A stretch of DNA of 40,663 nucleotides, from assembly GCA_044351695.1 (NCBI GenBank), contig JBILFF010000003.1, positions 1 to 40,663 on the forward strand. Direction: 5' to 3'. This document shows, in pieces, positions 29,798 to 40,269 of the stretch; positions within the stretch are counted from its first letter, which is position 1, and each line of letters begins with the position of its first letter. The position numbers and the translations under genes were made by a program. This stretch comes from Bdellovibrionota bacterium. GTDB taxonomy: Bacteria; Bdellovibrionota; UBA2394. The notes under the pieces are model-generated. The model searched no databases. It had not been told where the DNA came from and saw nothing but the letters and a program-made list of their open reading frames with translations.

Positions 29798-30697
29798 ATG
29801 TCGAACTCGATTTTTGAGCAGTTTTCTTTTGAAGGACCAAGGCCTTTTAAACTTTTTGGGAGGCTCTGGCATACCACGCAGCGAGCTCGAGGCTCTGTGA
29901 TTGCCTGCCATGGATACACTGAGCATAGTGGCCGGTATGAAGATCTCGCTGCTGATCTGACAACGCACGGTTATCATTTTGGAATTTTTGATTTGCCTGG
30001 TCATGGGTTAAGTAGTGGTCGGCGCGCGAATATCGACAACTTTGACGATTATGTAGCGTCTCTCGAATTATTTTGCGAGCAAGCTCGAGATCGTACTTGG
30101 CCGGAGCCCTACTTTCTATTGGGCCATAGCCTGGGCGGATTGATTTCGATTCGTTTTCTACAATCTTCTAAGGCAGCTACGAAAATCAAAGCAGCGCTAG
30201 TGACCTGTCCTCTTCTTGGATTATCCACGCACAGCTTTCATGGAGTGGGTCATTTAGCCGAGTATGCTTGGGGCGCTCGCTTACTGCGATGGATGTGTGA
30301 GATTGCGCCAAACATTAGTCTTCCGAATAAAAAAGATCTCGGAGGCAGCGTTCTCACGCATGACCCCCATGAGGTTGAGCTTCGAAAACAGGACCCTCTC
30401 ATCAAGCCGACGGTGACCATTCACTGGACGAGAGAGTTTCTGAAAGCGATTGATTTGGCGGTGGCGCAAAAAAACCAGCTGCAGACACCTCTCTGTATCT
30501 TGCAGGCCGAGGATGATCGTGTTGTGAGTGTCAAAGCTCCGAAGCAGTTTTTTGATCTACTCACTGTAAGTCCCAAAAAATATATGAGCTATCCAAATAT
30601 GTGGCACGAGCTGCTCAAAGAGATAAATCGCGATCAGGTTCGATCAGATATTCGAGAATGGTTTCATCAGTTCGTCGAGGCAAAGGGCTCAACCTGA
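29798..30697 (+). CDS. Alpha/beta hydrolase, lysophospholipase/monoacylglycerol-lipase-like
   Basis: HGYTEHSGRY, DLPGHGLS, GHSLGG nucleophile elbow, DDRVV, WHELL. Confidence 0.9.
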   Translation: MSNSIFEQFSFEGPRPFKLFGRLWHTTQRARGSVIACHGYTEHSGRYEDLAADLTTHGYHFGIFDLPGHGLSSGRRANIDNFDDYVASLELFCEQARDRTWPEPYFLLGHSLGGLISIRFLQSSKAATKIKAALVTCPLLGLSTHSFHGVGHLAEYAWGARLLRWMCEIAPNISLPNKKDLGGSVLTHDPHEVELRKQDPLIKPTVTIHWTREFLKAIDLAVAQKNQLQTPLCILQAEDDRVVSVKAPKQFFDLLTVSPKKYMSYPNMWHELLKEINRDQVRSDIREWFHQFVEAKGST

Positions 30698-31596
30698 AAA
30701 GTGGTATGGCCGACACCATACTTCTCTCGAACAAAAGCATTGATGTGATCGATCAGAATTTGTGAGTCCTCAAGATTTTTGATGTCGGCCTCAAAATGAG
30801 CCGTCATTGCAAAAAGATGCGACGTAATTTCCCAAATATGAAGATCATGAATGTTCCTAATTTGCGGAAATTTTTTGAAAAGTTCGGATTCAAGCTCTTC
30901 GGGATCCATGTGTCGAGGGGCCCCCTCTAACAAAACATGTCCCGAGCTATAGATTAACCGAACGGCCATGATGGTGATCATCAATGAGACCACAAAACTG
31001 GCGGCGAGGTCGGGCCAATAAGCTCCAGTAAACATGATAATGACGGCCCCAAAGATAACTGCGAGCGAAGAAAGAGCGTCTCCAATCACGTGTAAAAAAG
31101 CCGCTTTCAAATTGATGTTCGCCTCATGCGTCTCATGCATGAGTTTCATCATCGCCAGATTTGCGACGAGTCCTATAATGCCTATTCCGAGCATCCAGGA
31201 GCTCTGAATACTATGGGGGTCCGACCATCGATCGATGGCCTCGAAGGTTAAAAATCCAGCAATACCTAAAAGCAGGATGCCGTTTAAAAAAGCAGCCAAG
31301 ACTTCTAAGCGGTAATAGCCGTAGGAGCGATATTTGGATTTGGGTCGAACCGCAAGCCAGGCGGCTAGAATCGCCATCCCCAAAGCGACGGTATCGGCCA
31401 ACATGTGAGTTGCATCGGCCACCAGCGCTAAGCTGCCCGACCAGAGCCCTCCGAGCATCTCTAAAGCCATCACCCCACTGCAAACAACAAGTGCGATGAT
31501 CAATCGATTTAAGCCCTCTTCACGCAAAGGCTTTTCTGGATGATCGGGGTGATCATGGGGCCTGGGATCATGATCGAGTAGGCGGTTGCTGCTCAT
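30667..31596 (-). CDS. Cation diffusion facilitator (CzcD/ZitB-like Zn/Co/Cd exporter)
   Basis: SLALVADATHMLAD, YGYYRLE, AFLHVIGD, IHDLHIW, HTTFQVE; His-rich N-terminus. Confidence 0.93.
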   Translation of the reverse strand: MSSNRLLDHDPRPHDHPDHPEKPLREEGLNRLIIALVVCSGVMALEMLGGLWSGSLALVADATHMLADTVALGMAILAAWLAVRPKSKYRSYGYYRLEVLAAFLNGILLLGIAGFLTFEAIDRWSDPHSIQSSWMLGIGIIGLVANLAMMKLMHETHEANINLKAAFLHVIGDALSSLAVIFGAVIIMFTGAYWPDLAASFVVSLMITIMAVRLIYSSGHVLLEGAPRHMDPEELESELFKKFPQIRNIHDLHIWEITSHLFAMTAHFEADIKNLEDSQILIDHINAFVREKYGVGHTTFQVEPFASTN

Positions 31597-31631
31597 TGAT
31601 TCTCCAGCTAAATTGTGTCATCCGATGAGCC

Positions 31632-33407
31632 ATGAGTCTAGCAAAGCTGTCCTCTGAATCCTCGATTTCAGCGAAGCGCTTTAAAACGAGGCTTGTTCAT
31701 ATTGGGTCCCTAAAAATGGGCGGGGATGAGCCCATTATTGTTCAGTCCATGACGACTTCAGACACCATGAAGATCGATGAGACTGTTCAGCAAGTCAGGG
31801 ACTTAGCCGATGCGGGTTGTGATGTGGTTCGGATTACTGCTCCGACGGTCGATGATGCCGAAGCCTTAAAAGAGATTAAAGCTAAACTGGTTCGCGCTGG
31901 CTGCCAAGTTCCTCTGGTGGCGGATATTCACTTTCTTCCTCCCGCCGCGATGATTGCTGCCGACTACGTCGAAAAGATTCGAATCAATCCGGGTAATTTT
32001 GCAGATCGAAAGATGTTTAAAACTCGCGAGTATTCAGAGGCAGAATATGCCGAGGAGTTGGCGAGAATCGAAGAAAAGTTTAGCCCCCTTGTCTTGAAAC
32101 TCAAAAAATTAGGCCGTGCTCTGAGAATTGGTACAAACCATGGCTCCCTCTCAGATCGTATCATGAACAGATTTGGTGATACGCCGGAGGGAATGGTTCA
32201 GAGCGCTTTTGAGTATGCTGAGATTTGTCGAAAGCATGATTATCATAATTTTGTTTTTTCGATGAAAGCGAGCAACGTCGGTGTGATGGTGCATGCGTAT
32301 CGACTCTTGGTGCAGCGGCAGATGGAGCGAGCTTGGGACTATCCGATCCATCTGGGTGTGACCGAGGCGGGTGAGGGTGAAGACGCTCGAATCAAAAGCA
32401 GTGTCGGGATCGGAACTCTTTTGGCTGAGGGAATTGGAGACACGGTTCGAGTGTCTTTGACCGAGGCGGCGATTAAAGAAATTCCAGTGGCCCGTGCCTT
32501 GGCGGCTAGCTTTCCAAAAACAGAAGCGCCTTGGAGCCCAGGGATTGCTCTAAAGCCAAATTTTAGGAACGCGGATTTTAATCGCGTCTGGTTTGAGTTG
32601 GCCGGAGAGATCAACCCCGCGGAGTGGAGAAAAATCACTCTTCGGCCTGATGTCTTTTTCTGGAGTGACTATCAAGTCGCCAACAAGCGAAGTCCTCGAG
32701 CTTGGAGAGAGCTACTACAAGGACTTCTTGGAGGTCAGGACTTCAAGATGGCCATACGCTACGATCAGAATACGCCAGAGGCTTGGATCGAGCAGGCTGA
32801 TTATCTTGTCTCGTCTGAGATGCCGACACAATTCTCGGCCAAGTGGGTCAGACCCCTTGAGGCGCCGACTGAACTTAAATCGGCTTCGCAGGTAGATCCC
32901 GAAAAAACTTTAATCAAAGTGCAGCCGGGCAAGCGATCGACAAGCGAGCTTCAGCGCTTAATCGATGTGAGTGTTCGCGCAGGCTCGGCTTTTTTAGAAG
33001 CAGGATTTGCGGGGATTTTAGTTTCAAATGTCGCGCCGGCGGAATCGATGAGTCTTGCTTTTGGAGTCCTGCAAGCAACCAGACGTCGGATGGAGAAGAC
33101 CGAGTATATTGCATGTCCTTCTTGTGGGCGCACCCTTTTTGATCTCGAAGAGACCACTGCTCGAATCAAAGCCGTTACCTCGCACCTGAAGGGAGTCAAA
33201 ATTGCAGTGATGGGCTGTATTGTGAATGGCCCCGGTGAGATGGCTGATGCTGACTTTGGTTATGTTGGAGGCGCGCCGGGCAAGGTCAATCTTTACGTTC
33301 AAAAAGACTGTGTTGAGCGAAATATTAGCTCGGCCGAAGCTCCTGGGCGACTGGTAGAGCTTATTAAAAAACACGGGCGTTGGGTTGAGCCAAAAGCCCT
33401 GAGCTGA
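31632..33407 (+). CDS. ispG: HMBPP synthase IspG, long form with central insert
   Basis: VQSMT, PLVADIHF, RINPGN, RIGTNHGSLS, HLGVTEAG, CPSCGR, MGCIVNGPGE. Confidence 0.96.
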   Translation: MSLAKLSSESSISAKRFKTRLVHIGSLKMGGDEPIIVQSMTTSDTMKIDETVQQVRDLADAGCDVVRITAPTVDDAEALKEIKAKLVRAGCQVPLVADIHFLPPAAMIAADYVEKIRINPGNFADRKMFKTREYSEAEYAEELARIEEKFSPLVLKLKKLGRALRIGTNHGSLSDRIMNRFGDTPEGMVQSAFEYAEICRKHDYHNFVFSMKASNVGVMVHAYRLLVQRQMERAWDYPIHLGVTEAGEGEDARIKSSVGIGTLLAEGIGDTVRVSLTEAAIKEIPVARALAASFPKTEAPWSPGIALKPNFRNADFNRVWFELAGEINPAEWRKITLRPDVFFWSDYQVANKRSPRAWRELLQGLLGGQDFKMAIRYDQNTPEAWIEQADYLVSSEMPTQFSAKWVRPLEAPTELKSASQVDPEKTLIKVQPGKRSTSELQRLIDVSVRAGSAFLEAGFAGILVSNVAPAESMSLAFGVLQATRRRMEKTEYIACPSCGRTLFDLEETTARIKAVTSHLKGVKIAVMGCIVNGPGEMADADFGYVGGAPGKVNLYVQKDCVERNISSAEAPGRLVELIKKHGRWVEPKALS

Positions 33408-33437
33408 GTTTTGGCCAGCAGCGAAGCGGGCCAAAAC
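33408..33437. terminator. Probable bidirectional terminator between convergent ispG and kinase
   Basis: gttttggcc-N12-ggccaaaac perfect 9-bp stem. Confidence 0.55.
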
Positions 33438-33442
33438 GACAC

Positions 33443-35917
33443 TTAAGGTTTTGAGGAGCTATTTGTATGAGACCAACCCAGTTCTTTGGCAGTTTCTGCT
33501 CCAATGAGCATTTCATCAAGACTATTGACTTCTCGTTTCTGAAGCGAATCCAAGAGAATCCATCGACCCATGAGCTCTGCTCGCTCTTGTGGCAGCAGCG
33601 GATTCTTTTGAGGTGCAGCCAGTCCAGAGGGAACTTTGGGTAAAAGGGTTCCAGGCTCGATTCGGTCCTGAGCGCCATGAAGGCGTGAGATTTCTCGGGC
33701 AATCTTGACGAGTAGAGAGATTCGGCTTTCTTTTTGCGCGTTAAAAAAAACCAGTCCCGTTGATCGATAACGTCGTCCTGAAAACTCATCTGGAAACCTC
33801 GATGCCCCCGCCACACTATCTTGATAAACATAAATCACAATCGAGCTATTGAATGGGTCACGATGCTGAATTCCTTCACGCTCAAGATCAAAAAAAATCT
33901 CTCCGGACTCTAAGCGCTGAGAAAGATCCGGCAAAAAGGCCATGGGCCGAGAATTGATACGGGGCTCAGTAGGAACAAGCGCTAGGACTCGACCTTTTTT
34001 GCCTGTATGTTTTTCATGCGCCTGATTAAAAAAACTCTCGATGCGATGGACCGAGTAGTTGTCGCTAAACTGAAGATCTCTCGAGATATCTTTCTGAGTC
34101 TGAAAGTCGGCCTCACCCGTCAAAAGAAGAGCTATTTGTTGCGAGGGAACGAGCGGGCTGGGTTTAAAAGTTTGTGAAGACAAAATGAGTTGATGATAGA
34201 GGCTTTCAGCCCGAGTGACCAGTTTGGGCCAGTTTTGATAAACGCCCCAAGCGATACCAAGTAAAAGCAAAAGAGCGATTCCTGGTGCAAAAAATCTTTG
34301 AATCGTTTGAGAGAAAGCTCTTTCGCGCTTTAGGTTTTTGTCTTTATCTTCAATAGGAAGTGACAGCGATCCGGAGGTCAAGCCCTGCGGGGTTGGTTCA
34401 TCGGCGGCTGAGATCTTGGGCGAAGCTTCTCGATATTCGGGTGCCTCTTGCTCTCTGGTGGGGACTAGATCTTCTCCTAGAATAATCGTCTTCTCTGCAC
34501 GGCCAGAGAGAGTATTCTGTTCAAAAGTCTCAAGATCTTCAGAGTTTTTGATTTCAAACGCAGGCTCTGAGTGTCGTAGCACTTCTCGTTCATCTTTGTT
34601 GATCGAGATGTTTTGTAGTTTATCTTTTACCCGCTGTCCCTGAGTGGTTTTAAAATCAGGAATAGTTGCCTGCTCAAACTCTGCGGGCGAAAGATTTTCA
34701 AAGTTCTGGTTCTCTTGGATGACCTCTTTAGGCGGAAGCCCCATGAGAATTTTTTTTCGCTCCTCTTCTGTCAGAGGATAGTGTCGCGTTGCTTCGTTGG
34801 TGTGATCGGGTTCTAAAACAGTTGCCTCGTCAACTTGATTGATCTCTGAAAGAAGCATTTCTGGCGGAATTTCTTGAGGGCGAGTGTCTCCCAGATCTGC
34901 CTCTCGCTCACTCAGCATCAAGGCTTCTTGAATAATTTCGAGTTCTTCAATGATTTCGGCTTCAAAACATTTGCGAAGATATTCGGCGAGTTTCTTTTTA
35001 AAGTAGGCTCGCGTGGCTCTCGAATTAAAGTCTAAATTTTCTTTCTCTAAAAAATATTTTTGAAAGGCTGAAAACATTTCAGGAGCACTTTGAAATCGCT
35101 TGCGAGCGCTTTTATCTAAATTTTTATGAATGAGATCCGAAAGTTCTCTCGGAATCTCGGGTCTAAGGCTTCGAATGTCCGCTGCTTTTCCTTCAACAAT
35201 TTTTTTATAAAGTCCCGATGGTGATTCGGACTCAAAGGGTAATCGACCGGTCAATAATTCGTAATAGACTGCTGAAAGCGAATAGAGATCACTGGCGCAT
35301 ACAACGGGATCATTTACGGCCTGCTCAGGGGGAATGTAGACGAGTTTGCCCAGAGCGACATGAGAGAGCTCTACTTGGAGACGATTCTCAGCAGTGGCAA
35401 TCCCAAAATCCGTGAGTTTTACATTGCCCTTATACTCGAGCAAAATATTGCCGGGGCTCACATCGCGATGAACAATATTGAGTTCTCGACCCTTAACATC
35501 TTTGAGGGCGTGGGCAAAAGCCAGCGCCCTGAGGACCTCAAACAGGATAAAAGTGGCCACATCTCTGGAGGGGAGAGGGCAAGTCTCTTCTCGAACTTTT
35601 GCGAGAATTTTGTCGAGACTTTTACCGTGAATATACTCCATGGCCAAAAAAAACTCAGATTGGTGAGAGCCAAGATCAAAGACCTCAGCAATGCCCGGGT
35701 GGGCGAGAAGAACCCCAATCTTGGCCTCATGGACGAGTAAGTTTACAAAGGGTTTGTTTGCATTCAGGGGGGCGTGGAGCTTCTTCACAGCTATAAACTG
35801 GTTTTGGAGCTCGGGGCGGTTACAGGTTGCTAAAAACACCTCGGCCATGCCTCCAGAACCGACCTTAGCGTAAAGACGGTATCGTCCGAATTCGAGGGGT
35901 CGGGGAAAGGCCTCCAT
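33443..35917 (-). CDS. Hanks-type Ser/Thr kinase with acidic linker, one TM and extracytoplasmic domain
   Basis: GSGGMAEV, IAVKK, HRDVSPGN, DFG, PPEQ, SDLYSL; TM GIALLLLLGIAWGVY. Confidence 0.94.
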   Translation of the reverse strand: MEAFPRPLEFGRYRLYAKVGSGGMAEVFLATCNRPELQNQFIAVKKLHAPLNANKPFVNLLVHEAKIGVLLAHPGIAEVFDLGSHQSEFFLAMEYIHGKSLDKILAKVREETCPLPSRDVATFILFEVLRALAFAHALKDVKGRELNIVHRDVSPGNILLEYKGNVKLTDFGIATAENRLQVELSHVALGKLVYIPPEQAVNDPVVCASDLYSLSAVYYELLTGRLPFESESPSGLYKKIVEGKAADIRSLRPEIPRELSDLIHKNLDKSARKRFQSAPEMFSAFQKYFLEKENLDFNSRATRAYFKKKLAEYLRKCFEAEIIEELEIIQEALMLSEREADLGDTRPQEIPPEMLLSEINQVDEATVLEPDHTNEATRHYPLTEEERKKILMGLPPKEVIQENQNFENLSPAEFEQATIPDFKTTQGQRVKDKLQNISINKDEREVLRHSEPAFEIKNSEDLETFEQNTLSGRAEKTIILGEDLVPTREQEAPEYREASPKISAADEPTPQGLTSGSLSLPIEDKDKNLKRERAFSQTIQRFFAPGIALLLLLGIAWGVYQNWPKLVTRAESLYHQLILSSQTFKPSPLVPSQQIALLLTGEADFQTQKDISRDLQFSDNYSVHRIESFFNQAHEKHTGKKGRVLALVPTEPRINSRPMAFLPDLSQRLESGEIFFDLEREGIQHRDPFNSSIVIYVYQDSVAGASRFPDEFSGRRYRSTGLVFFNAQKESRISLLVKIAREISRLHGAQDRIEPGTLLPKVPSGLAAPQKNPLLPQERAELMGRWILLDSLQKREVNSLDEMLIGAETAKELGWSHTNSSSKP

Positions 35918-36063
35918 AGAGAATCATTATGGCTGGTGTTTGTGGGGCTTCGAAGAAAAAACGCGGTGACAAATGAATGAAATTAAGCAAAAAACGGTCT
36001 TAGTTTTGACGTTGCGCCCAAAAAAGCGTGAAGTTGAAGAGATGGCTTTGTTGAAAAGCAGAC

Positions 36064-36136
<73 letters not shown>

Positions 36137-36171
36137 TATCTTTTCTCCCATAATTCGGGAACCTCCTAATT

Positions 36172-36441
36172 TCAGTGTGTCATTTGCGTGTCAGTGTTTC
36201 CGCCGCCCAAAGAAACCAAATTGGCTTTGGCTTCCAAGTGACTAGTTGAAAAGTGAGCACGGCGCTTAGTCATCTCAAGGTTAGAATGGCCCAAGATTTC
36301 TTTCAGCTCATAAATATGCCCGCCGTTGATTGCAAACAAGCTGGCGTAGGTTTGGCGAAGATCATGAATTCACAAATGCCCAAGTTAGGTTTTTTTGCAA
36401 ACCCGCTGGTGCATCTGACGAAGGGGTAAGAAGTTTAAACG
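36172..36441 (-). pseudogene. Tyrosine recombinase/integrase C-terminal remnant
   Basis: Manual translation: ...RVCKKT*LGHL*IHDLRQTYASLFAINGGHIYELKEILGHSNLEMTKRRAHF...; two in-frame stops and Arg at the catalytic Tyr position. Confidence 0.9.
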
Positions 36442-36475
36442 CTATTTTTTGGAGTCGAGGGCTGTAACGGGAGGT

Positions 36476-36724
36476 TCAGTAGAGTTGGTTTGGTCGACCG
36501 TTTTGATATTTTTGCCTTTCGAGAGGCCGATTTTTGAGGGGCTGTTCCATGGGGGTAAAGACGATATGAGTCGTGCCATCAGAAAACGGTTTCTTTAACG
36601 TAATTTGGATATCACCTTGAGGTGTTTCACCCACTCGACTCAGTGCCACTGAAGGCCTGGCCACGTATCGAATCAACTTCTCCAATCGATCTCGTTTTTT
36701 GGGAGGGATCGGACGGATACTCAA
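36476..36724 (-). mobile_element. IS91-like (Y2/HUH) transposase fragment
   Basis: RLEKLIRYVARP...LKKPFSDGTTHIVFTPME resembles the C-terminal part of IS91-like transposases; only 82 aa remain. Confidence 0.8.
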
Positions 36725-36791
36725 AGACTTGGATTCCTGCTCGCATCAGGTCGCGAAAGTAGTAGTAGCTCACCCACGGATAAAAAAGATG

Positions 36792-37139
36792 TCATTTCTG
36801 CGCGGGACGATCACTCGAATATCGATACAAGTCATGCATGGATTGCGAGAGAAGGGGTACGTCCGCGTCTGAAAACTGGACCGCGATATCGCGTCAAGCG
36901 TCTTTGCCATAGATTTCTGGAGAGTTGCGATCGTCCACGTTAAAGCTTCCCACGATGGCCTCTTCACCATCGCGAAGAATAATCTTTCGGTGATTGCGAC
37001 GATTCAAGACGCTTAGCGCTCGCCCCCAAGAGACTTTTCCGAGAGCTAGTTTTGAGATCATCGTGTTCACTCGGTTAAACATACGATACTGGATCTTCGC
37101 CGCTTTCAGGCGCTTCCCGTAGCTCGCCTCGAACTGCGG
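36792..37139 (-). pseudogene. Phospholipase D/cardiolipin synthase fragment
   Basis: RLKAAKIQYRMFN...NRRNHRKIILRDGEEAIVGSFNV...*RDIAV: intact HxKxxxxD and GSxN; TGA at 36894-36896 replaces the Trp of WRD. Confidence 0.82.
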
Positions 37140-37198
37140 CTAGCGACGTCGGTCCAAGAATTGACAACGTAATACGAAATGGAATCTGTTAGAGGGGA

Positions 37199-38326
37199 GT
37201 GAATTTCATCTCTCAAGCTAATGGCAAGCCAGTGGACCTCGTGATGGTGGTGGAAGACCTCAACGTGGGGGGGGCACAGCGATCCGTTATTGCTCTCTCC
37301 CGTTGTTTTGTAGAAGCTGGTCATAAAGTTGAGGTTTGGATTTTTGATGAGGCGGACCGTTATCGAGGGGTTTTAGATTCTCGGGTTCGTCTGCTCTCGT
37401 TGCATGACCCACGTAAACGAGGGAGCAAGCTCTGGACGCCGCTTCTTCTTCGACAACAGTTAAAAAGCAGACGAGCTGAAAATCTTACGGTGCTTTGTTT
37501 TTTGCCTCACATGGCTTTTTACTTAAGGTGGGCGAGCTTGGGTTTTTCTTGGAGGGTGGTGGCTTGCGAGCGCATGAATCCGGCCTTTGAATTTACACAC
37601 CGTGCTGTTGGGCTTCGATGGGCAATGGCATTCACTTATCCACTTTTCGATGCCATTACTGTTCAGACCAAACAAGCAAAGGCTTACTTTTCGCATCTGG
37701 TATCTGAGCGTGTTTATGTAATTGAGAATCTTCTGTATCCGTTGCCAAAATATTCTTCTTTTTCTGTCGAGGCATTCAAACCTTACGTTTTGTTTGTTGG
37801 GCGAATGACTCAACAGAAAAGGGTCGAGAGAGTGTTGAGAGAGTTTGATCATGCAAAGAAAAGAATCTCCACTCCCCTTCACTTAGTTCTTGTGGGTGAT
37901 GGACCAACTAAGAATCAGTTGGTTGAGTTGTCTCAATCACTGAAAAGTAGAGAAAGTATTTATTTTCTCGGAGAGCAAGAAACTTCTCAAGAGCTCTATG
38001 GGTCCGCAGAGCTTCTGCTTTTGACTTCAGATTACGAGGGCTTTCCGAATGTGATTGTTGAGGCCTTATCTAACGGATGTCCAGTGGCGACCACGAATTG
38101 TCCAAGTGGGCCCTCGGAGCTTGTGCGATCCGAGTTTAATGGTTGTCTGATTGAAGATCGAGAGGGTGTAGGCATGGCAGATTTTATTATCAGATTGACG
38201 ACATCTTCTTCTCTTCGATCGCAGTTTAGATCTAATGCACTAAAGTCTTCAGAGCGCTTTCAGTGGCCAGTCATTTACTCGCAGTGGGCAAAGTTTTTTA
38301 GTCAAGATTCGGGGGATAGCCTGTAA
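37199..38326 (+). CDS. GT4-family glycosyltransferase
   Basis: GGAQR, FVGRMTQQKR, LVGDGP, SDYEGFPNVIVEAL (Ex7E), CPSGPSE. Confidence 0.93.
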   Translation: MNFISQANGKPVDLVMVVEDLNVGGAQRSVIALSRCFVEAGHKVEVWIFDEADRYRGVLDSRVRLLSLHDPRKRGSKLWTPLLLRQQLKSRRAENLTVLCFLPHMAFYLRWASLGFSWRVVACERMNPAFEFTHRAVGLRWAMAFTYPLFDAITVQTKQAKAYFSHLVSERVYVIENLLYPLPKYSSFSVEAFKPYVLFVGRMTQQKRVERVLREFDHAKKRISTPLHLVLVGDGPTKNQLVELSQSLKSRESIYFLGEQETSQELYGSAELLLLTSDYEGFPNVIVEALSNGCPVATTNCPSGPSELVRSEFNGCLIEDREGVGMADFIIRLTTSSSLRSQFRSNALKSSERFQWPVIYSQWAKFFSQDSGDSL

Positions 38327-40269
38327 TGTGTGGCATCGCCGGACTGTTTTCGTTTCGTGGATCACTAGAGGAAATCAAGCGACGATTATCTGAGGGCTCT
38401 CGTTACTTAAAGCATCGTGGACCAGACGATGAAGGATTCTGGATTAGGTCCCAATTGAATGGTGGCCTGGCCCATCGCCGTCTTTCAATTCTTGATCTAA
38501 GTCCTGCAGGACACCAGCCAATGACAGATAGTTCGGGGCGATGGGTCGTCTCCTTAAATGGCGAAATTTACAATTACAAAGAGCTGCGATCGACGCTTGA
38601 GAAGAATTTGAAGACTCAGTTTGTGGGATCTTCAGATACAGAAGTCGTCTTAGAGTATGTGGCAGCTTATGGAATTCGAAAGGCCTTGGCGGAATTCAAG
38701 GGAATGTTTGCGATCGCCATTTTGGATATTCAGAATCGAAAGCTTTTTTTGGTTCGAGATCGTGCGGGAGAGAAGCCAGTATTTTATTACATTGATGAAA
38801 GCGAGATCGCCTTCGCCTCAGAACTTCCAGCACTCTTGAAGCTAGTGTCAACGAGTCCCAAGATATGCCGTCACTCTTTGGCGCAGTTCTTAAGGTTTAA
38901 TTTTATCCCAGCACCAAACACAATTTATGAAGGGATAAAAAAGCTTTTACCGGGGCAGATGCTGGAAATTTCGATCGAAAGCGATAGATTTCTGAAGCAG
39001 TTTGATACTTACTGGAGTGCAGAAACGGAGTTCAAGCAGCGGCAACTTCGTAAATCCGAGGATACCTATGAGGACCAGTTAACGCGATTTGCGACTTTGT
39101 TCCGGGATTCAGTCAAAGGACAGCTGCAGGCCGATGTGCCTGTGGGTGCTTTTTTGTCGGGCGGTATAGATTCTTCCGCAGTCGTCGTCGAGATGGCTAA
39201 ACTTTCGTCACAAAAGATTCGCACTTATACCATTGGCTTTGTGGAGAGCGAGTACGATGAATCTCCCTATGCACGTAGGCTTTCAGAATTTCTTTCGACT
39301 CAACACGAGCATCAGATTCTTTGTGCTGAAGACGCATTGGCGATCGTGCCCCATCTGTCTGAAACTTTCGGAGAGCCTTTTGGAGATGCCTCGGCGATTC
39401 CTACCATGTTGGTTTCGAAAATGGCGTCCAAATCGGTGAAGGTTGCGCTCTCTGGTGATGGAGGTGATGAGCTGTTTGGGGGCTATCCACATTACACCAC
39501 TGTGGGAGGTGTTTGGCCGAAAATTTCAAAGTTTCCACATTGGTCTAGATCGATAATCGCAGAACTTTTGCCACTGGTACCTACTCCTGGCTGGAGAGTT
39601 GCTGAAGTCATTTTGAAAAAGATTGCTGGGCAACAAGCTTTGCGACGACCTTTGAGCGAGACCTGGAGAGGCCTTCAATCATTATTGATTTCCAAGGATT
39701 TTCGGGAGTTTTACTTTAGACTGATTTATTCGCCCCTAACCTCTGAAAGAATTCTAAAAACGAGAGCCGATTATGCTCAAGACCGATTCTCTTCGATAGG
39801 TGCTCCCATTGAGAAGCAGATGATGTTGTTTGATTTGCAATGTTATTTACCCGACGACATTCTGACAAAGACGGATCGATCAGCGATGAGATATTCCTTA
39901 GAGTTGAGAAGCCCCTTTCTTGATAAAGACATTATTGAGTTTTCTTTTTCTTTGCCGATGGCGTCTAACTTTTCTGGCCTAGTCGGTAAGCGTCTTATAC
40001 GGGATCATCTTAAGCAGCAGCTCCCCGAGCATCTTTTTGATCGACCCAAAAAGGGCTTCTGCGTTCCTACTGGAGAGTGGATCAGAGGGCCTTTAAAGGA
40101 ATGGGCTCAAGATCTTTTGTCGGAGGGAAGTGTTCGAGACCAAGGATGGCTCGATGCTTCAGTGGTAAGTGAGGTGTTCGCAGAATATTTAGAGGGTAAG
40201 ACACATCAGGAGCAACTGTTATGGAACTGCCTAATGTTTCAAAGCTGGCTTCGTGATAGGGGGCGCTAA
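38326..40269 (+). CDS. asnB: AsnB-like glutamine-dependent amidotransferase, probably modifying a surface polysaccharide
   Basis: MCGIAG, HRGPD, HRRLSILD, NGEIYN, LSGGIDSS, SGDGGDELFGGY; TAATG overlap with the GT4 gene. Confidence 0.93.
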   Translation: MCGIAGLFSFRGSLEEIKRRLSEGSRYLKHRGPDDEGFWIRSQLNGGLAHRRLSILDLSPAGHQPMTDSSGRWVVSLNGEIYNYKELRSTLEKNLKTQFVGSSDTEVVLEYVAAYGIRKALAEFKGMFAIAILDIQNRKLFLVRDRAGEKPVFYYIDESEIAFASELPALLKLVSTSPKICRHSLAQFLRFNFIPAPNTIYEGIKKLLPGQMLEISIESDRFLKQFDTYWSAETEFKQRQLRKSEDTYEDQLTRFATLFRDSVKGQLQADVPVGAFLSGGIDSSAVVVEMAKLSSQKIRTYTIGFVESEYDESPYARRLSEFLSTQHEHQILCAEDALAIVPHLSETFGEPFGDASAIPTMLVSKMASKSVKVALSGDGGDELFGGYPHYTTVGGVWPKISKFPHWSRSIIAELLPLVPTPGWRVAEVILKKIAGQQALRRPLSETWRGLQSLLISKDFREFYFRLIYSPLTSERILKTRADYAQDRFSSIGAPIEKQMMLFDLQCYLPDDILTKTDRSAMRYSLELRSPFLDKDIIEFSFSLPMASNFSGLVGKRLIRDHLKQQLPEHLFDRPKKGFCVPTGEWIRGPLKEWAQDLLSEGSVRDQGWLDASVVSEVFAEYLEGKTHQEQLLWNCLMFQSWLRDRGR

